Below the pieces are notes generated by a model. It was given only the letters and a program-made list of their open reading frames with translations. It was not told the DNA's origin and ran no database searches. DNA of 64,000 bases, from NCBI GenBank assembly GCA_965603825.1, contig CBFDEM010000037.1, positions 248,001-312,000 on the forward strand, read 5' to 3'. The position numbers and the translations under genes are program-made. Shown in pieces: positions 12,597 to 26,338 of this stretch; positions within the stretch are counted from its first letter, which is position 1, and each line of letters begins with the position of its first letter. This DNA comes from Blepharisma stoltei ATCC 30299. Lineage: Eukaryota > Protista > Ciliophora.

Positions 12597-14163
12597 ATGG
12601 GTTGCTGTCAGTCTAAGGTCGAAAAAGCTCCTATTAAAAAGCAAGACCCTGAGCTGCCTACATCTTCTAGCAAAGGAAGCTCGAGCTCTAAGCAAGCCTC
12701 AAACAAATTTGGCAATTTTGGCAATGCCCAGGCATCAAAAGGCATTAGAAAAGGAAATTTCATTCAGACTAAGCAAGGCGACGTCAAACAATTCTACCAA
12801 ATTATAAAAGAAATCGGCTCTGGAGGCTTTGGGACCGTATATACTGTAAAAGATAGACGATCAGGGCTCCAGAGGGCAATGAAAGAGCTGCCAAAGGACA
12901 GGATGGACCGAGAATCCAACGAAAAAATGCTTGAAGAGGTCGAAATTCTTAGAGAACTCGTAAATACTAGTTAGGATCATCCAAATATCATGAAAATATA
13001 TGAAGTCATTGAGTCTGCCAAAAGCTATTTTATCATTTCTGAGTTTTTGTCTGGAGGTGAGCTATTTGACAAGATCATAGAAACACAAGGATTTAATGAA
13101 AAAATAGCTGCCAAGTACTTCGTGGATATGATGTCAGCTATAAACTATTGCCATAGCAATGGAATTGTCCATAGAGATTTAAAGCCAGAAAACCTTCTTT
13201 TGGAATCCGCAGATTCTAATGCAAATTTAAAGGTTATTGATTTTGGAATTTCTCAGAGACTGATGCCAGGGGCCAAATTAACTTCTTCAAACGGCACTTT
13301 ATTTTATATGGCTCCAGAAGTTTTCTCTGGTTCACATGATGAAAAATGCGATATTTGGAGTGCTGGGACAATTCTATATATTATGCTTTGTAAAATTTTA
13401 TTTAGGCGGCCAACCTCCGTTTTATGCGGATAGTGACACTGCATACGTGAAGCTTATACAAAAGGGGCATTTCAATTTATCAAAAGGAATTTGGTCAAGC
13501 ATTTCAGAGGATGCTAAAGATTTATTGAGAAAAATGCTTGCAGTAAGCCCAACTAAAAGACTTAGTGCACAAGATACACTAAACCACCCTTGGGTGATAA
13601 AATACCTCAATAACTCTGTGGAAGAAACTCCTATTTCTTCTGAAGCTTTATCAAATTTAGGGAAATTTAGGGTAAATTCTATGTAGGACCAGTCAAAAAT
13701 AGCTAAATCAATAAAAACTTTTATTACAAGTCAAATTTTCACAGCCAAAGACGAGGCAAATTTAGTCAAAATCTTTAAAAGAGTTGATAAGAACGGAGAT
13801 GGAAAATTATCTAGGGCAGAACTAATGGAAGGGTACAATGAATTAGGGCTGACTTCACCTACAGACATAGAAGCAATCATGAAAAACTGTGACACTGATA
13901 ACAGCGGGTTTATAGATTTCACTGAATTTGTAACTGCTACCACTGAATGGAACCAAATGCTGAACCAAAATCAGCTTAAACAAGCCTTCCAAATTTATGA
14001 CGCTAGTGGAGATGGGACTTTATCTCTTGATGAGCTCAAAACAAGTATCCCAGGAATTGAAGATACTGAATGGAAGAAATTTTTAGATGAGGCTGACAAA
14101 GATGGAGACGGTGTCATCACTTTTGCGGAACTCAAAGACTATTTATTATCGAAACTTAATTAA
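12597..14163 (+). CDS. Calcium-dependent protein kinase (kinase + 4 EF-hands), N-terminal MGCC
   Basis: GSGGFG, HRDLKPEN, DFG, APE; EF-hands DKNGDG, DTDNSG, DASGDG, DKDGDG; three tiny introns. Confidence 0.95.
12960..12974 (+). other. 15-nt intron
   Basis: GTAAATACTAGTTAG; restores LREL|DHPNI. Confidence 0.93.
13390..13405 (+). other. 16-nt intron
   Basis: GTAAAATTTTATTTAG; restores ML|CGQPPF and explains the frame change. Confidence 0.93.
13672..13686 (+). other. 15-nt intron
   Basis: GTAAATTCTATGTAG in the junction domain; restores the frame into the EF-hands. Confidence 0.9.
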
Positions 14164-14175
14164 AGATATTTAGAA

Positions 14176-16470
14176 CTAAAGCTTCTTAAGGCCTAAAAAT
14201 CCTTCTGCTCCTGCATCACCAGTGTAAGTTATCGAAATTCTAGCTCTGGCTGGCAGTGCGATAAAATCAGTCACAGTAAGTCCAGCGATGTTTCCTGAAG
14301 AGTGTCTTCCCCAGACTTTTCCAAGGGTCTGACTATCAGTGATCACAGGCTCCCCATTCACCATTAACTGCACATTTGGTTTTTTTCTGGCAAAAAACCC
14401 ATAGAAAACTTCATAAAGTCCTGGTGCAATAGTAAGTACACTAGTTTTATCTTTTTCCCACAAAAAGTTATCAGGGCAGGTATTAACACTTTGGACTTCC
14501 CAAGGGACGGTATAGCCAGTTCTGACTTCTCCTGACTTCCATATCCATCTTGCCATGCAGTTTTCTCCACACAATGCTTCATTTATTAAAGCTTGACTGT
14601 TAATATGACTATGAAATTCATTAGCAGCTGCTTTTTTGTCAAGCTCATCATGCAAGTCTTGAAGAATTTTATTGATATCTTCTATATTTGGCTTCATATC
14701 AAGCAAAACGCATATATCTTTTATGTTGGCTTTGAGGAGAATTTCTTTGCTTATCTGTTCGAGGTGATTTTGAAGATCTTTTATGCTTGAATCAAGGTCC
14801 ATAAACTGAGCACGGCCATATGTTTGGGTGCGGATATCGTCAATTGTGCAGCGAAGATTGGCTTCATCAGTCTGAAACTTGTTAAGAAGGTTTTCAGTGG
14901 TTTCTGACAGAAGAGAGTTGACTTCTTGGATATCAGGCTTTTTGTCAATTTGGATTAAGATGTCTCTTTCTTTACGGAGGACGAGGTCTTGAAGCTCATC
15001 TTTGTTGTCTTTAAGCTCTTTGCTTAGCTCTCTAAAGGTAAGCTCAAGACGCTCTTGGAATTCTCTGGTGTCAATTTTTTGGTCGGTAAGAGTTCTTAAT
15101 TCATTTTTATCAACTTTTCGTGATCGAATCTCATCTATATCTCTTTGTACACTTCCAATTTCATGCCGAAGCGATTTCAAGTCTTCTGCTCTGGTCCCTG
15201 ATGTATAGCTTTGAATATATTTTAAGTTTTCTTCTAGGTCAACTTGGCTTTTTTCCATTGATGCTTTAAAAGTTTCTTTGAGCCTTGTTAAGTCTTCTTC
15301 GATTGCTTTCGTATAATTATCATTTCTTATTGATTTCTCTATAGCGCTTTCTTCAATTTTTCTTATATCTAGCCTTACCTGGGCTTGAATATTTTTCAAG
15401 GAATTATTAATTTCGTCTTTAAAATTTGCTATATTCTCTGCATCCACTTTTTTATTAACCAACTGCAAAGCTCTGTCTACATCTCTTGAATCACCTTTCC
15501 TATTCACCGCAGTTTGCAAATCATCTAAATCATTTTTCAATTTATTCAAAAACTGCTCCATTTCTAAGAATTTTTGGTTATTTTTGATATCTGCATCTTT
15601 CTTTGCTGAGTTAAAAGAGCTGAAAATGGTGTCAATATCAGATTTTTCGACTCTTTTTGAGATTTCGTGGTTGATAAATTTTATGGTTTCGGACTTATCA
15701 GCTTTAAGCTCAAGCTCTCGTGCTAAAATGTCAAGCTGAGAGAGATCTGCTTTATGCTCTAAATAAGCCATAAGATCAGTAGATTCCACTTTTTTAGCAA
15801 ACAATGCATCAATATCAGAGCGGTTGGCTTTTTTATGTAGAGCGCTAGCGACAGATTCAGTGTTAGCTTTTTCTTGCAAAGCCTGATTGATTTCAGCAGC
15901 ATTTGCTTTGGTTTCTATTTTTTTATCAAGCTGCTGTATATCTCTTAGCGTTGCACACTGCTGGAGTCTTCTGTAAGCATCATCATGGACTTCTTCAATA
16001 GCTGCCTTTATCGTTCTTAATTCAGCTTGAATTTCCCTCAAATCAGCTTTTGCTTCTAGTGCCGTTTTCAGTTCTTCATAGCTGACTTTGCTTGATAGTA
16101 AATATTGGGCATCATTTCTTGAGATTTTATCTTCAACCAACGTATAAACATCGTCAATATTCACTTTATTTTCAAGCGACGTTCTTAGTTCAGAAATCGA
16201 CCTGGTGAAATCTGAAATATTTACCTTAACAGATAGGCCAGAATTCAGCTCAGCTTTTGATGCTTTTGTAGGGAACTGAACATCAATTTCTCGTAAGCTT
16301 GATCCTTGGGATTTTACTATGTCTGAAAGAGCTTTGAATGTGAGTCTGACTATATCTTGAACAGAGCGCCATTCATTTAAGCCGCCTAATAGGTCTTCAA
16401 CAATTACTGGAGAGTAAGGATCTTCTGAACGGATTCTTGAGAGTGGAAAATCTCGTGCAGGACTTGTCAT
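14176..16470 (-). CDS. 764-aa alpha-fibrous protein with K-[AVI]-[DN] repeats and a C-terminal beta-rich (C1q/TNF-like?) domain
   Basis: Uninterrupted ORF; recurring KAD/KAN/KVD/KID; C-terminal VPW..APGLYEVFYGFF..VQLMVNG. The fold call is inference. Confidence 0.75.
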   Translation of the reverse strand: MTSPARDFPLSRIRSEDPYSPVIVEDLLGGLNEWRSVQDIVRLTFKALSDIVKSQGSSLREIDVQFPTKASKAELNSGLSVKVNISDFTRSISELRTSLENKVNIDDVYTLVEDKISRNDAQYLLSSKVSYEELKTALEAKADLREIQAELRTIKAAIEEVHDDAYRRLQQCATLRDIQQLDKKIETKANAAEINQALQEKANTESVASALHKKANRSDIDALFAKKVESTDLMAYLEHKADLSQLDILARELELKADKSETIKFINHEISKRVEKSDIDTIFSSFNSAKKDADIKNNQKFLEMEQFLNKLKNDLDDLQTAVNRKGDSRDVDRALQLVNKKVDAENIANFKDEINNSLKNIQAQVRLDIRKIEESAIEKSIRNDNYTKAIEEDLTRLKETFKASMEKSQVDLEENLKYIQSYTSGTRAEDLKSLRHEIGSVQRDIDEIRSRKVDKNELRTLTDQKIDTREFQERLELTFRELSKELKDNKDELQDLVLRKERDILIQIDKKPDIQEVNSLLSETTENLLNKFQTDEANLRCTIDDIRTQTYGRAQFMDLDSSIKDLQNHLEQISKEILLKANIKDICVLLDMKPNIEDINKILQDLHDELDKKAAANEFHSHINSQALINEALCGENCMARWIWKSGEVRTGYTVPWEVQSVNTCPDNFLWEKDKTSVLTIAPGLYEVFYGFFARKKPNVQLMVNGEPVITDSQTLGKVWGRHSSGNIAGLTVTDFIALPARARISITYTGDAGAEGFLGLKKL

Positions 16471-16771
16471 ATGGAAATTTTTAAATATTAAAATAAGGAG
16501 TTATTTGAAAATATAAAAAGAAGTGGGAATTTTAAAGGGAAAATAAATAAATTTGAGTAAGGGAAGAGATGTGAAGGAAGGGAATATTTTGAGGTGATTT
16601 AAATATATAAAATATAATATAAGATTTTGCAATGATATTTAGTAGTTAGAAATAAAAAATAGAGTGTAAAAAAGCAAGCTTTGAAAGAATGATTTAGGGA
16701 AAAGTAAAGAAATCGGATTTCTTTTAATTTAATAAGAATTAATTGATAGCAGGATTTAAAATTTAGGAAGA

Positions 16772-18323
16772 ATGGAAAGTAAACTTGGAAGCAGATTGCC
16801 GGTAAGCGCTTATCTAGGATTACGAAGTGATCAAGCCATTAGGAAGAGGTGCTTATTCATATGTTTACCACGTCAAATATCGTTCTACTTCTCAAGAATT
16901 TGCCTTAAAAATCATTGAAAAGCAAGTCGTTGTCCAAAAAAACTTGACAAATAGGCTACTTAACGAAATAAAATTACAAAAGCGGCTTAATCATCCATGT
17001 ATAGTCAAGTTTTATCATAGTTTTGAGGATGAGGATTGTATTTACTTAGTTCTGGAATATTGCGCAGGAGGCGAGTTGTTCAGCTACATAAAATCTGAAG
17101 GTCGCTTAAGTGAAGATGAAACCCGAATGCTCTGCAGCCAGCTAGTTGATGGAATTGACTACTTGCACAATCGTGGAATCCTGCATAGAGATTTAAAGCT
17201 AGGAAATTTATTACTATCAGAAGACAGAACCTTATTAAAAATTGGAGACTTTGGCTTAGCTGTAAAGCTCAGCAATTATAGTGAAGAAAGATCTACACTA
17301 TGCGGGACTCCCAACTATATATCTCCAGAAGTGGTAAATCGCCAGCCATATGGCCTTGCAGCTGATTTATGAAGCCTAGGATGTATAGTATATGGCTGCC
17401 TTACAGGAAACCCTCCTTTTGAGTCTCCTGATATACAGACAACTTTATTGAAAATAAAAGATATGAGTTATTCTTTACCAAATTATTTATCAGATGACGC
17501 TGAAACATTAATTAGATCACTTTTATCGTGAAATCCTGATGAAAGATTGTCAATACAGGATGTAAAAAACCAGCCATTTTTTAAGTCACAGTTTTTTAGC
17601 ACACTTGATACAAGAACTTTGCAGTCACCTACATTGATTTTAAGCCCTGTCTCTAAGCATAGATCAGCTACATATGTAGACTATACAGAAACTATAATTT
17701 CTCCTGAAAAACCAGGAAAATATGACTTACCAAGGTCAAATAGAAAAATAAAATCTCTGAAACAAGACCCTTTTGCTACTCCCCGAAGCAAGCCAATAGT
17801 CATTAAAATGCCTTTATCAACTGCAAATTTATTACCATTCAAACACATATCAAAAAACAGAGTCCTAGAAATCAACGACAAAGGCTGGGTCATTGTAAAT
17901 ATGAACAATCGCCAACTAGAAGTCTCAAGCGACGGCCTGACTGTAATTTACCAAGGGAAACTCACAAATTTCAGAGAAATGAACAACAATTGTGCGAAGC
18001 TTTATCAATACGCCCAAACTGCATTAGACTTAGTAAGGTCAAAAACCCCTAAAATTAAGCTGCAAATTAAAGATGCAATGTGCATGCTAATGTGAAATGA
18101 ACCGTATCCGAATTTCGAAGTGGATTTTGAAAATGGTGCTAGGGTTTGCTATCAGATAGGCAGTGGAAAACTCTATGTCCACCCTCTAACAGGCGGAAGC
18201 TTTGAAATTTCGCCTTCAGAAGATTACGAGCACTTAGACCAAAGCTTGAAAAACATTGTCGATACCACCTTAGAAGGCTTGAAATGCTGCATTGACGAAG
18301 AGCGGAAGCTTAAAATAACCTAA
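16772..18323 (+). CDS. PLK4: Polo-like kinase 4 (SAK)
   Basis: ATG 16772, 16-nt intron 16802-16817; HRDLKLGN, GDFGLA, TLCGTPNYISPE, DLW(TGA)SLGC; cryptic polo-box LVRSKTPKI and CMLMW(TGA)NEPYPNFEVDF. Confidence 0.88.
16802..16817 (+). other. 16-nt intron
   Basis: GTAAGCGCTTATCTAG; links the ATG exon to DYEVIKPLGRG. Confidence 0.88.
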
Positions 18324-18422
18324 TTGTCATTATTTATCCATTTTTCGCGATACAAATTTTCTGTAATAGCAAAATTTTATTAATAATCTACATTTTTTCA
18401 AATTAACTTTACTTATAGTCAA

Positions 18423-19940
18423 CTAAAATTTTTTTTCTTCTGATACATTCAAGGTCATCAGCTTCATTATTTTCGCAATAATTTCTACAGCATTCGCTGC
18501 GGTCTCAGCTTCATACATTTTCCTTTTCTTAACGTTATCTTCAGTATAATCGATCCACAAGCAGTTTAAGTTTTTTTCGTCTTGCTCTACCAAATGTATT
18601 GTAGAAATCGGGATTTCAGGGTGGTGGGTTATTGACTTAAAAATGCCAGCGAATTTTTTCCTCATGACATGTTGAGCTGTTCCTGAAGCTTTTCCTTTTA
18701 TAGCAGCTTTTGCCATGGTTTCTGTCATGTTATAAAGCCTGATTTGGTCGATTCCTAGAATTCTTTTTTGCCTCTTGCCCCTTCTGTTGACTTTGATGAT
18801 AGGGAATTCTTGATAAGCGCAGGCTTGTGCTTTTGTCAAATGGAATCTTAGAGGGTCAAATTTCATTTCTTCTTCGCTGAGTTCTTTTATAACAGGGAGT
18901 TCTTTTTTGATAAAAACTCTTTCTATTGGAGTATCCACATAGACTTTTCTGCAGAGTTTTAATTCTGTAGTGCCAAGGGCTTGAACATGCAAGTCTAAAT
19001 CAACGTTGCACTCTTCTTTCTGAAAGGAGTCTTCAAGGTCAACGTCAATTTTAAACTCAAACTCATCAGGATGGAAATAGGAAACACCTGAAAACTTCTG
19101 TTGCAGCTTATGCAAAATATCTCGTAAAGAGTCATTCGGCTGGGCTTTCACTATTGTCGAGTTTTCTTCAAAATAAATTTTTAACGCTATACATTGCCCT
19201 ATTTCAGAAACTCTTCTTACCTGCTTATGCGACACTGACAGCCTTGCTTCACCTGCATAATTAGGAATTGCACAAAAAGCTAGTGAATCGACTCCTAAAT
19301 CGCGGACTTTCATTGCTCTGTCGACATTAAAATCAGTTTCAGGCATACAAGTATCATCGTCTACAAGCCAAATTTCGTAGCCTTCTGGAATTGGGCCATA
19401 TGGGAGTTCTTTGTCTCTGCTGGCTGAGCTTCGGAGATAGGAAGAAATCACTTTGGCGATTAGTTGCTCTACTGTTGAAGATTTTGGGATGGAAACAATC
19501 ATATTTTCAAGGGTGGAAAAAAGATAGACTTTAAGCTGAATCATATCAGCGTTTTGAACTGCTTGTGGAGTGTCCTCGAACTTTAGAGACTTGGTTAGGC
19601 TTGAAACTTTGGCTATTGACTGGGAAAAACTTTCTCTATATGTTTCATCTCTTTCGACTTCTATATTAGTAGGAGACTCTTCCTCCTTTTCTGGGGTCAT
19701 TGGCCGTGGAACTTCTTCAGCTTGCTCTTGTTGCTGCTCTTGAATGCTGAATTTTCGTAAAGGTGCCTCTGGTATTGGCGGAGAATAAAATAAACAGTCT
19801 TCTATACTTTGGGCTAATTCCAGCATCTTGTCGATTGATTCTTGGGTTGTAGCGATCTCGTAGGAGTAAGGATTTTTATTTGGAGAGCTTCTGGAAATTT
19901 TTAGCATCCGATTCAGCTCAAAAGGCTCTGAAAATTCCAT
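18423..19940 (-). CDS. SIN1/Avo1/RIP3-like TORC2 subunit (CRIM-like, ubiquitin-like and C-terminal PH domains)
   Basis: LKVYL..STVEQLI..YEIWLVDDD (CRIM-like); YQEFPIIKVNRRGKRQKRILGIDQIRLYN..YEAETAANAVEIIAKI (SIN1-type PH). Confidence 0.7.
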   Translation of the reverse strand: MEFSEPFELNRMLKISRSSPNKNPYSYEIATTQESIDKMLELAQSIEDCLFYSPPIPEAPLRKFSIQEQQQEQAEEVPRPMTPEKEEESPTNIEVERDETYRESFSQSIAKVSSLTKSLKFEDTPQAVQNADMIQLKVYLFSTLENMIVSIPKSSTVEQLIAKVISSYLRSSASRDKELPYGPIPEGYEIWLVDDDTCMPETDFNVDRAMKVRDLGVDSLAFCAIPNYAGEARLSVSHKQVRRVSEIGQCIALKIYFEENSTIVKAQPNDSLRDILHKLQQKFSGVSYFHPDEFEFKIDVDLEDSFQKEECNVDLDLHVQALGTTELKLCRKVYVDTPIERVFIKKELPVIKELSEEEMKFDPLRFHLTKAQACAYQEFPIIKVNRRGKRQKRILGIDQIRLYNMTETMAKAAIKGKASGTAQHVMRKKFAGIFKSITHHPEIPISTIHLVEQDEKNLNCLWIDYTEDNVKKRKMYEAETAANAVEIIAKIMKLMTLNVSEEKKF

Positions 19941-20340
19941 CTTAAATTATGAAAGTTGATCAAAATCTTTCAGAAACTTTATAGGCGAATCTAGCTCATT
20001 ATTAAGATCATCACCAGAAAACAATTTAAAAATAAGAATATGATAAAAGTTGAAAAATCGAGTAAATGTTCTAGAATTTAAATAATAAAATACAAATTTG
20101 AAAATTTCATAGTTATGAACAATTTCATAAGGCAGGTTAATGAAATTTGGATAAGTTTACTGAGAGGATAATATATATTTTCATAAATATCTATAAGTAC
20201 TTATATAAAGTTTAATATTATTTTATTTAATTTATAAGAGATAATCCATATATTATGTGTAATTAAGCATTGAGCGTTATATAATTTACTTTTATTATAT
20301 TTATTACTAGATTTTTCCTATCATTTTTAAAATTCTATTA

Positions 20341-21222
20341 ATGGAGAGCGTTCTTAAACTGAATCTGACAAGAAAACTTCCCCAAAACCGCCACAATACA
20401 GAAATCCCTCGGCTTGGTTCATTCGAGCCAGACGATGACAGATCTCCAGTTAATAAAGAACGAGGAGTATGGACCAAAATGCAAAATAACACTCGCTTAA
20501 AACTTTTAGCAGCAGGCTTTTTAAAAAGTGCTTTTCCTACAGAGAACTTAAAAAAGTCTGAACAAATAAAAATTCCCCACATAAAATACAGAAATAGTGT
20601 CTGTTACCCAGAGGGTACACAGATTCTTCTCGGATTGTGCCAAAGCTATGACTTTAATGACCCTTTCCACAGAGAAAGGGCAGAAAGGTTTCGCCAAAGC
20701 TTAAGTCCAACCTTTATAGAGATGATTTGTAAAACCAATATAAGAAGATGCAAAAGCAAGCTTAGCAAGGTGTGAAGTGAAGGAGAAGAAGAAAAAGAGT
20801 TTGAAACTGAGAGAAATAAAGTAATCAGATGTATTACAGGAGAAAAAACACCTGATTCTGATGTAAAATCGATTGATACGTCAGAAACAAGTGATAGTGA
20901 TGAAGAAACTCTTCATACAGAAAGAACGAAAAGGGTTAAGATTAATTGTAAACGTGCAAAAAGGGTGAATAGTCCAACGTTATTAACGCCATTATCGCCT
21001 ATTCCGATAACAGCAAGCCCTTCTTTGCAGCAGCTACCAAAGATTAATCATAGCCCAAGAAATATAGTGATTAAGCCTCAGACAGCAAGAAATGAGATTA
21101 ATTCTAATAGAAAGCTGCAGCAAAAAAAACTGAAAAAGCGTCCACTCAAGCTAAAGAAAATCAGAAAATATCGTTCTCCATATGAGAATGTACTAGTCCC
21201 TGTAACAAGTCCTAAAAGATAA
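20341..21222 (+). CDS. Hypothetical low-complexity protein
   Basis: Two track ORFs are in frame across TGA 20773. Confidence 0.72.
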
Positions 21223-21454
21223 TAATTTATCCTATAACACTAATTTTTCGTAAACGGGGTTATTAATATCTCATTTCAGAATAAATGCTATTGAGCCTTA
21301 TGGCATTTTCTTTACCCTTATAATAATTGTTTCACCAAATTATGATTATATATTGAATTTTAAAATTCTCTTTAATTTTTCATTTTGCATGCCTTCTCAG
21401 TTTGGTTCATTTTATATGCCAATCAATTAAGATAATAAATAGCAAAGAAGTTGC

Positions 21455-21910
21455 ATGGCATTAATCAAAGAATCTAATAGCTTCGAACTCCCAAAATTAC
21501 TGCATAAATCCTCGTTAGTCTCTGATAGTAGCACACGGGAGAGTTTTGATGACATAGAAAGACGTTTTTCGCTGGATTTCGACTCCGAGAATTCTGAGGT
21601 GAAATCACCGAGATTGGCTGAAAATTTCCCAACTTTAAATATAATACAGCATTGTCAAAAACAAGGAGTTTGCAAGCCAATAGACATGGCTTGATTGTTT
21701 CAACCTCTTACAAGCTCACAGAAATCAAAAATTGAAAATTTAAATTATATGGTAGATCGGCTTCTAAATAACCTAGAAGACACATTTGAAGCAATCAACG
21801 TAAGAGATGATTGCTCGCTCAAGCCAAAATCAGTAGAACTCTCCAATCCAGACTGCTCTTTTATAAGCAAAAGACGCTTGACGCTGCCATGTCACACTTT
21901 AAGAGTTTAA
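21455..21910 (+). CDS. Hypothetical protein
   Basis: Two abutting in-frame ORFs joined by TGA 21692. Confidence 0.7.
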
Positions 21911-23038
21911 CTTTAATTATACAGTTAAATAATACAAACATTTTAAATTTAAATTTATTTTGATTTTCGATACCTGATTGAGTTTAGCACTTTTATTATG
22001 TGGATAAAATCTATTTTTTCAATAAAAGGAAATTTTAAAAAAGAAAATCTTCTTCGTTACAAAAAATTTTTATTTTTAAATGTAAATTAACGGAGGGGGT
22101 ATTTCTAGAATAAAGAATTAAACTTCTAGGTGTAATTTAAGGCAAAAAAATTTAAATCACTGTTTAATTCGTGGCTAGATAAATTCTGATAAAATATCTG
22201 CAATTTCAATGTTGAAATAGCTATATATAAAAATTGCCGCCAATGGTTCCTTAATAGTTATTTGATTTATTGGTCTTTAAAAGAGCTCTTCTATTTGTAA
22301 TAATGGTTTGCAATTGCATTAAATTCATAATTGATTCTTTTATTGTTCACAACTGTGAATAATATACAGTGGATCACTGGAAGTTTAGGACCAGCATCAC
22401 TTTACAAAAATAGCATACAGGCTTTGCATAACCTTTTATATTTATCTAAAAAATACTTTTTATATGTAAAAACTTAAAAGAGACCTTTCGCATGCACTAT
22501 TAAGTGTATCGAGCTAATAAAATAAGCGAGTCTGTTATAGTGGCACATAAACTGAAGATGCAGGATTGTTTAATTTACTTTAAAATCAATTTTATTATGA
22601 TACATTGGAAATACTGAATGTTGCCATAGCTAAGCCCTAATGCCTAAAAAATGTTTTCTATAAAATATTATTATTATATTAGCAGATTGGACACAGGAAT
22701 AGAATTAATCAAATGATAAGCGTAACATCTTACATTTTTGGGTAAGAATCGGCGCTACTTATATCAAGCCTATAAATAAGCCACAGCATTTAGAATTAAA
22801 GTTAAAATAGCTCAATATTGTTTAACCTAGCTTTTACATACAATTTTTTTTCATATTATTTCAATTTAATATTAAAATAGTGCTTATAATAAATAGCTTA
22901 TATTTCAATTTTTTATTGTTTATAGATAAAAATGTTTTTTCTTTCCGAATATCTAAAATATAGCAAAGTAATCCAAAATTGGTTTTAGATTAATATAAAT
23001 GTTTGATTTCTGTCTTTTGATTTAAATAAGTATTTAAA

Positions 23039-24211
23039 ATGGTTGAGCCGAATGAATCTGAAACCCCAGCTGCATCCTCAGAATCAGTTGACGCAGGTGT
23101 CCTTATGGAAGAAATAGTTGATATTTTAAAACTCATCAATTACGAAGAATCATTTCTCTCTGCAAAAGGCTTTAAACCTTTAACCCGTGCTCAATTTTCG
23201 ATTCAAGGTGCCAACCCTTCTGAGCAATTTATATACTTCACCGCCTTAGCCAGCTGACTTCTGCAAATCAACGGCTCTCAAGCCAGCTTTAATAAGTACG
23301 ATGACCCTTCAACAGTCGCAAATAGCATAATTGTCGAAATGAAGAAATTTGGAATTGATTTAGATTTACCGCCAGGCAAACTCCGTGGGGGTCATGGCGA
23401 AGGCCCATGTCTTGTTCTTTTATCTCTAGCAAAACGAGCTTTACAAACTAAAAAGTTCAAGTTTGGCAAGCCGATTTTTCCTAAAGAAAGCGAAATGGAA
23501 GGGGAAGTCATTGAAGATGATGAAGAAGGAGAAATTGTTGACGAAGCCATACAAGAGGAAGAGGAAGAAGCTATTTTTGCTGAAGTAGCGGCAGGGCAGG
23601 CGGTAAATCAAGTTGAAGAAGAAGGATTTAGACAGAATGCGCCTGTTTGGAGTTCTATAGACCCCAATGAATGGCTCTTGGAAGTGGAGAGAGTCGCCCC
23701 AAGGCTTAAATTGCCAGTAGATCCTACAGGAGGGGATATTAGAGAATGGAGAGCTCATTTAGAACAGACAAAATTGCTTAAAGAAAATATAGAAAAAGAT
23801 TTTCCAGATGTAGAACTAAAATTGAGAAGAATTGCAGATGATTTATCAAAGGCAGTAGAAAGAATAGGCTCACAAGAGAAAAAAATTAATTTATCAATGG
23901 GAGAAATTGCTGGGGATTATCGAAATCAGGCAAATCGACTGAATGATGTGACTACAAGGTACAAGCAGGTTAATGAAAATGTTGCAGAACTGTCCGCTCA
24001 ATACCAACAATTAGGAGAAAAGATTGAAGATTACCAACAAAAGATAGAGATGCAAGGGAAAATGGTCACTAATATTTCTCCTCTACAAGCAATAAAAGAA
24101 GGATTAAAGCTGTTAAAAGTTGAAGGCAAAGATATGGAATTGAGGTCTGCTGTTTTATCTCATGCGCTGTTTCAATCTAAATTGAAAGAAAAATCCACGA
24201 ATGATGCATAA
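23039..24211 (+). CDS. IFT57: Intraflagellar transport protein 57 (HIPPI)
   Basis: MEEIVDILKLINY, NPSEQF.YF..LASW(TGA)L, YDDP, PPGKLRGG.G, WLLEVERVAPRLK, EWRAHLEQ. Confidence 0.92.
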
Positions 24212-24319
24212 TAACTTATTTATAATCCTCAGTTCTTTAGGATTATTTAGTGACATATAAAATCACTTTATAATTTTCAATTGACATAAGATTTTTGACT
24301 AAAATTAAGTAAATTATAA

Positions 24320-25336
<1,017 letters not shown>

Positions 25337-25416
25337 ATAATTATTTTCTGAAAATTGGATCTAATTTATAAAGTATATATAAAGTCTTTTATATAAAAAT
25401 TTTTATATAATCCATT

Positions 25417-26307
25417 TTATCGAAATTGCTTTTTAAGCTCAGCTATTTCTAGCTTTCTTTCTCTATCTATTTGCTTAGTAACTTCATCTATTTCTCTTTG
25501 CATGTCCCTATCTAATTGGTTTAAAACCATTGATATTGTATCTAGATAAAACTTACCATTATTTCCCATCATATTGACTTCATTGATTTCTTCTCGGTAT
25601 TTGTTTTTAATTGTTTGAATTCTGCTAATTTTTTCATCCACATATTTCTCCATGATTTTCTCAATTTCCTCTTGATATTTTTCAAACTTTGTTTCCGATG
25701 ATATTTTCATCAAATTTTCTACAGTCTGCGATCTCATTCTTCCTCCTAAGGTTGCTTGAGGACTTCCCATTCTTTTTCTTGCTTTTAGCCTTTGTTCTAA
25801 GCTATCACCTTCTTGATGTCTTAGCATTTCACAAATTTTGAAACTTGTAGTTGAGCTACTACTTAGATGCTCTTTAATAGCCTGATCTGCATCCTTCTTT
25901 ATTTCTTTTTCAGGTGCTTTTCTTGCTCTAACATCGATTGATTTAGATCTTACACTAGAACTTTTTTCTAATGAGTTATTTCCAATTGCATTTGTACTTG
26001 CATTCTCTAACTTCACTGTCGCATTTCCATTAACAGCAGAAATAAAGTCATCCCTTGCTAATAATCTTTGCAGCCTTTCTTTATAATGTATATACCTATT
26101 ATCTCTTATTGACCCAAAATATTCCACAGCAGCCTACATTAACCATACTGAGTATAGTTCTATTAGCCTCGAGACCTTTTCAGCAGTGCAGTTTCTTTCA
26201 AGCTCGCTTTCTAAATTGACAACCTGGTCTACAAAATTTGCAGGGAGTTTCGGGGCCTCTAATTCTTCATTTATGGGGTTTTGTCTGTGCTTGTTTTTTC
26301 TTGACAT
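25417..26307 (-). CDS. Hypothetical coiled-coil protein
   Basis: ATG 26307; intron 26134-26148 joins to the track ORF; possible second intron 25542-25556. Confidence 0.78.
25542..25556 (-). other. Candidate stop-free 15-nt intron
   Basis: GTAAGTTTTATCTAG, full consensus, phase 1; leaves the ORF open if retained. Confidence 0.6.
26134..26148 (-). other. 15-nt intron
   Basis: GTATGGTTAATGTAG, phase 0. Confidence 0.85.
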
Positions 26308-26338
26308 GATTTAAATAAAATTAGCAAAAAAACTTATA

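Noticed and set aside
21911-23038. 1.1-kb spacer as an RNA gene or mobile element
   Set aside because: No recognisable A/B boxes, stems or repeats
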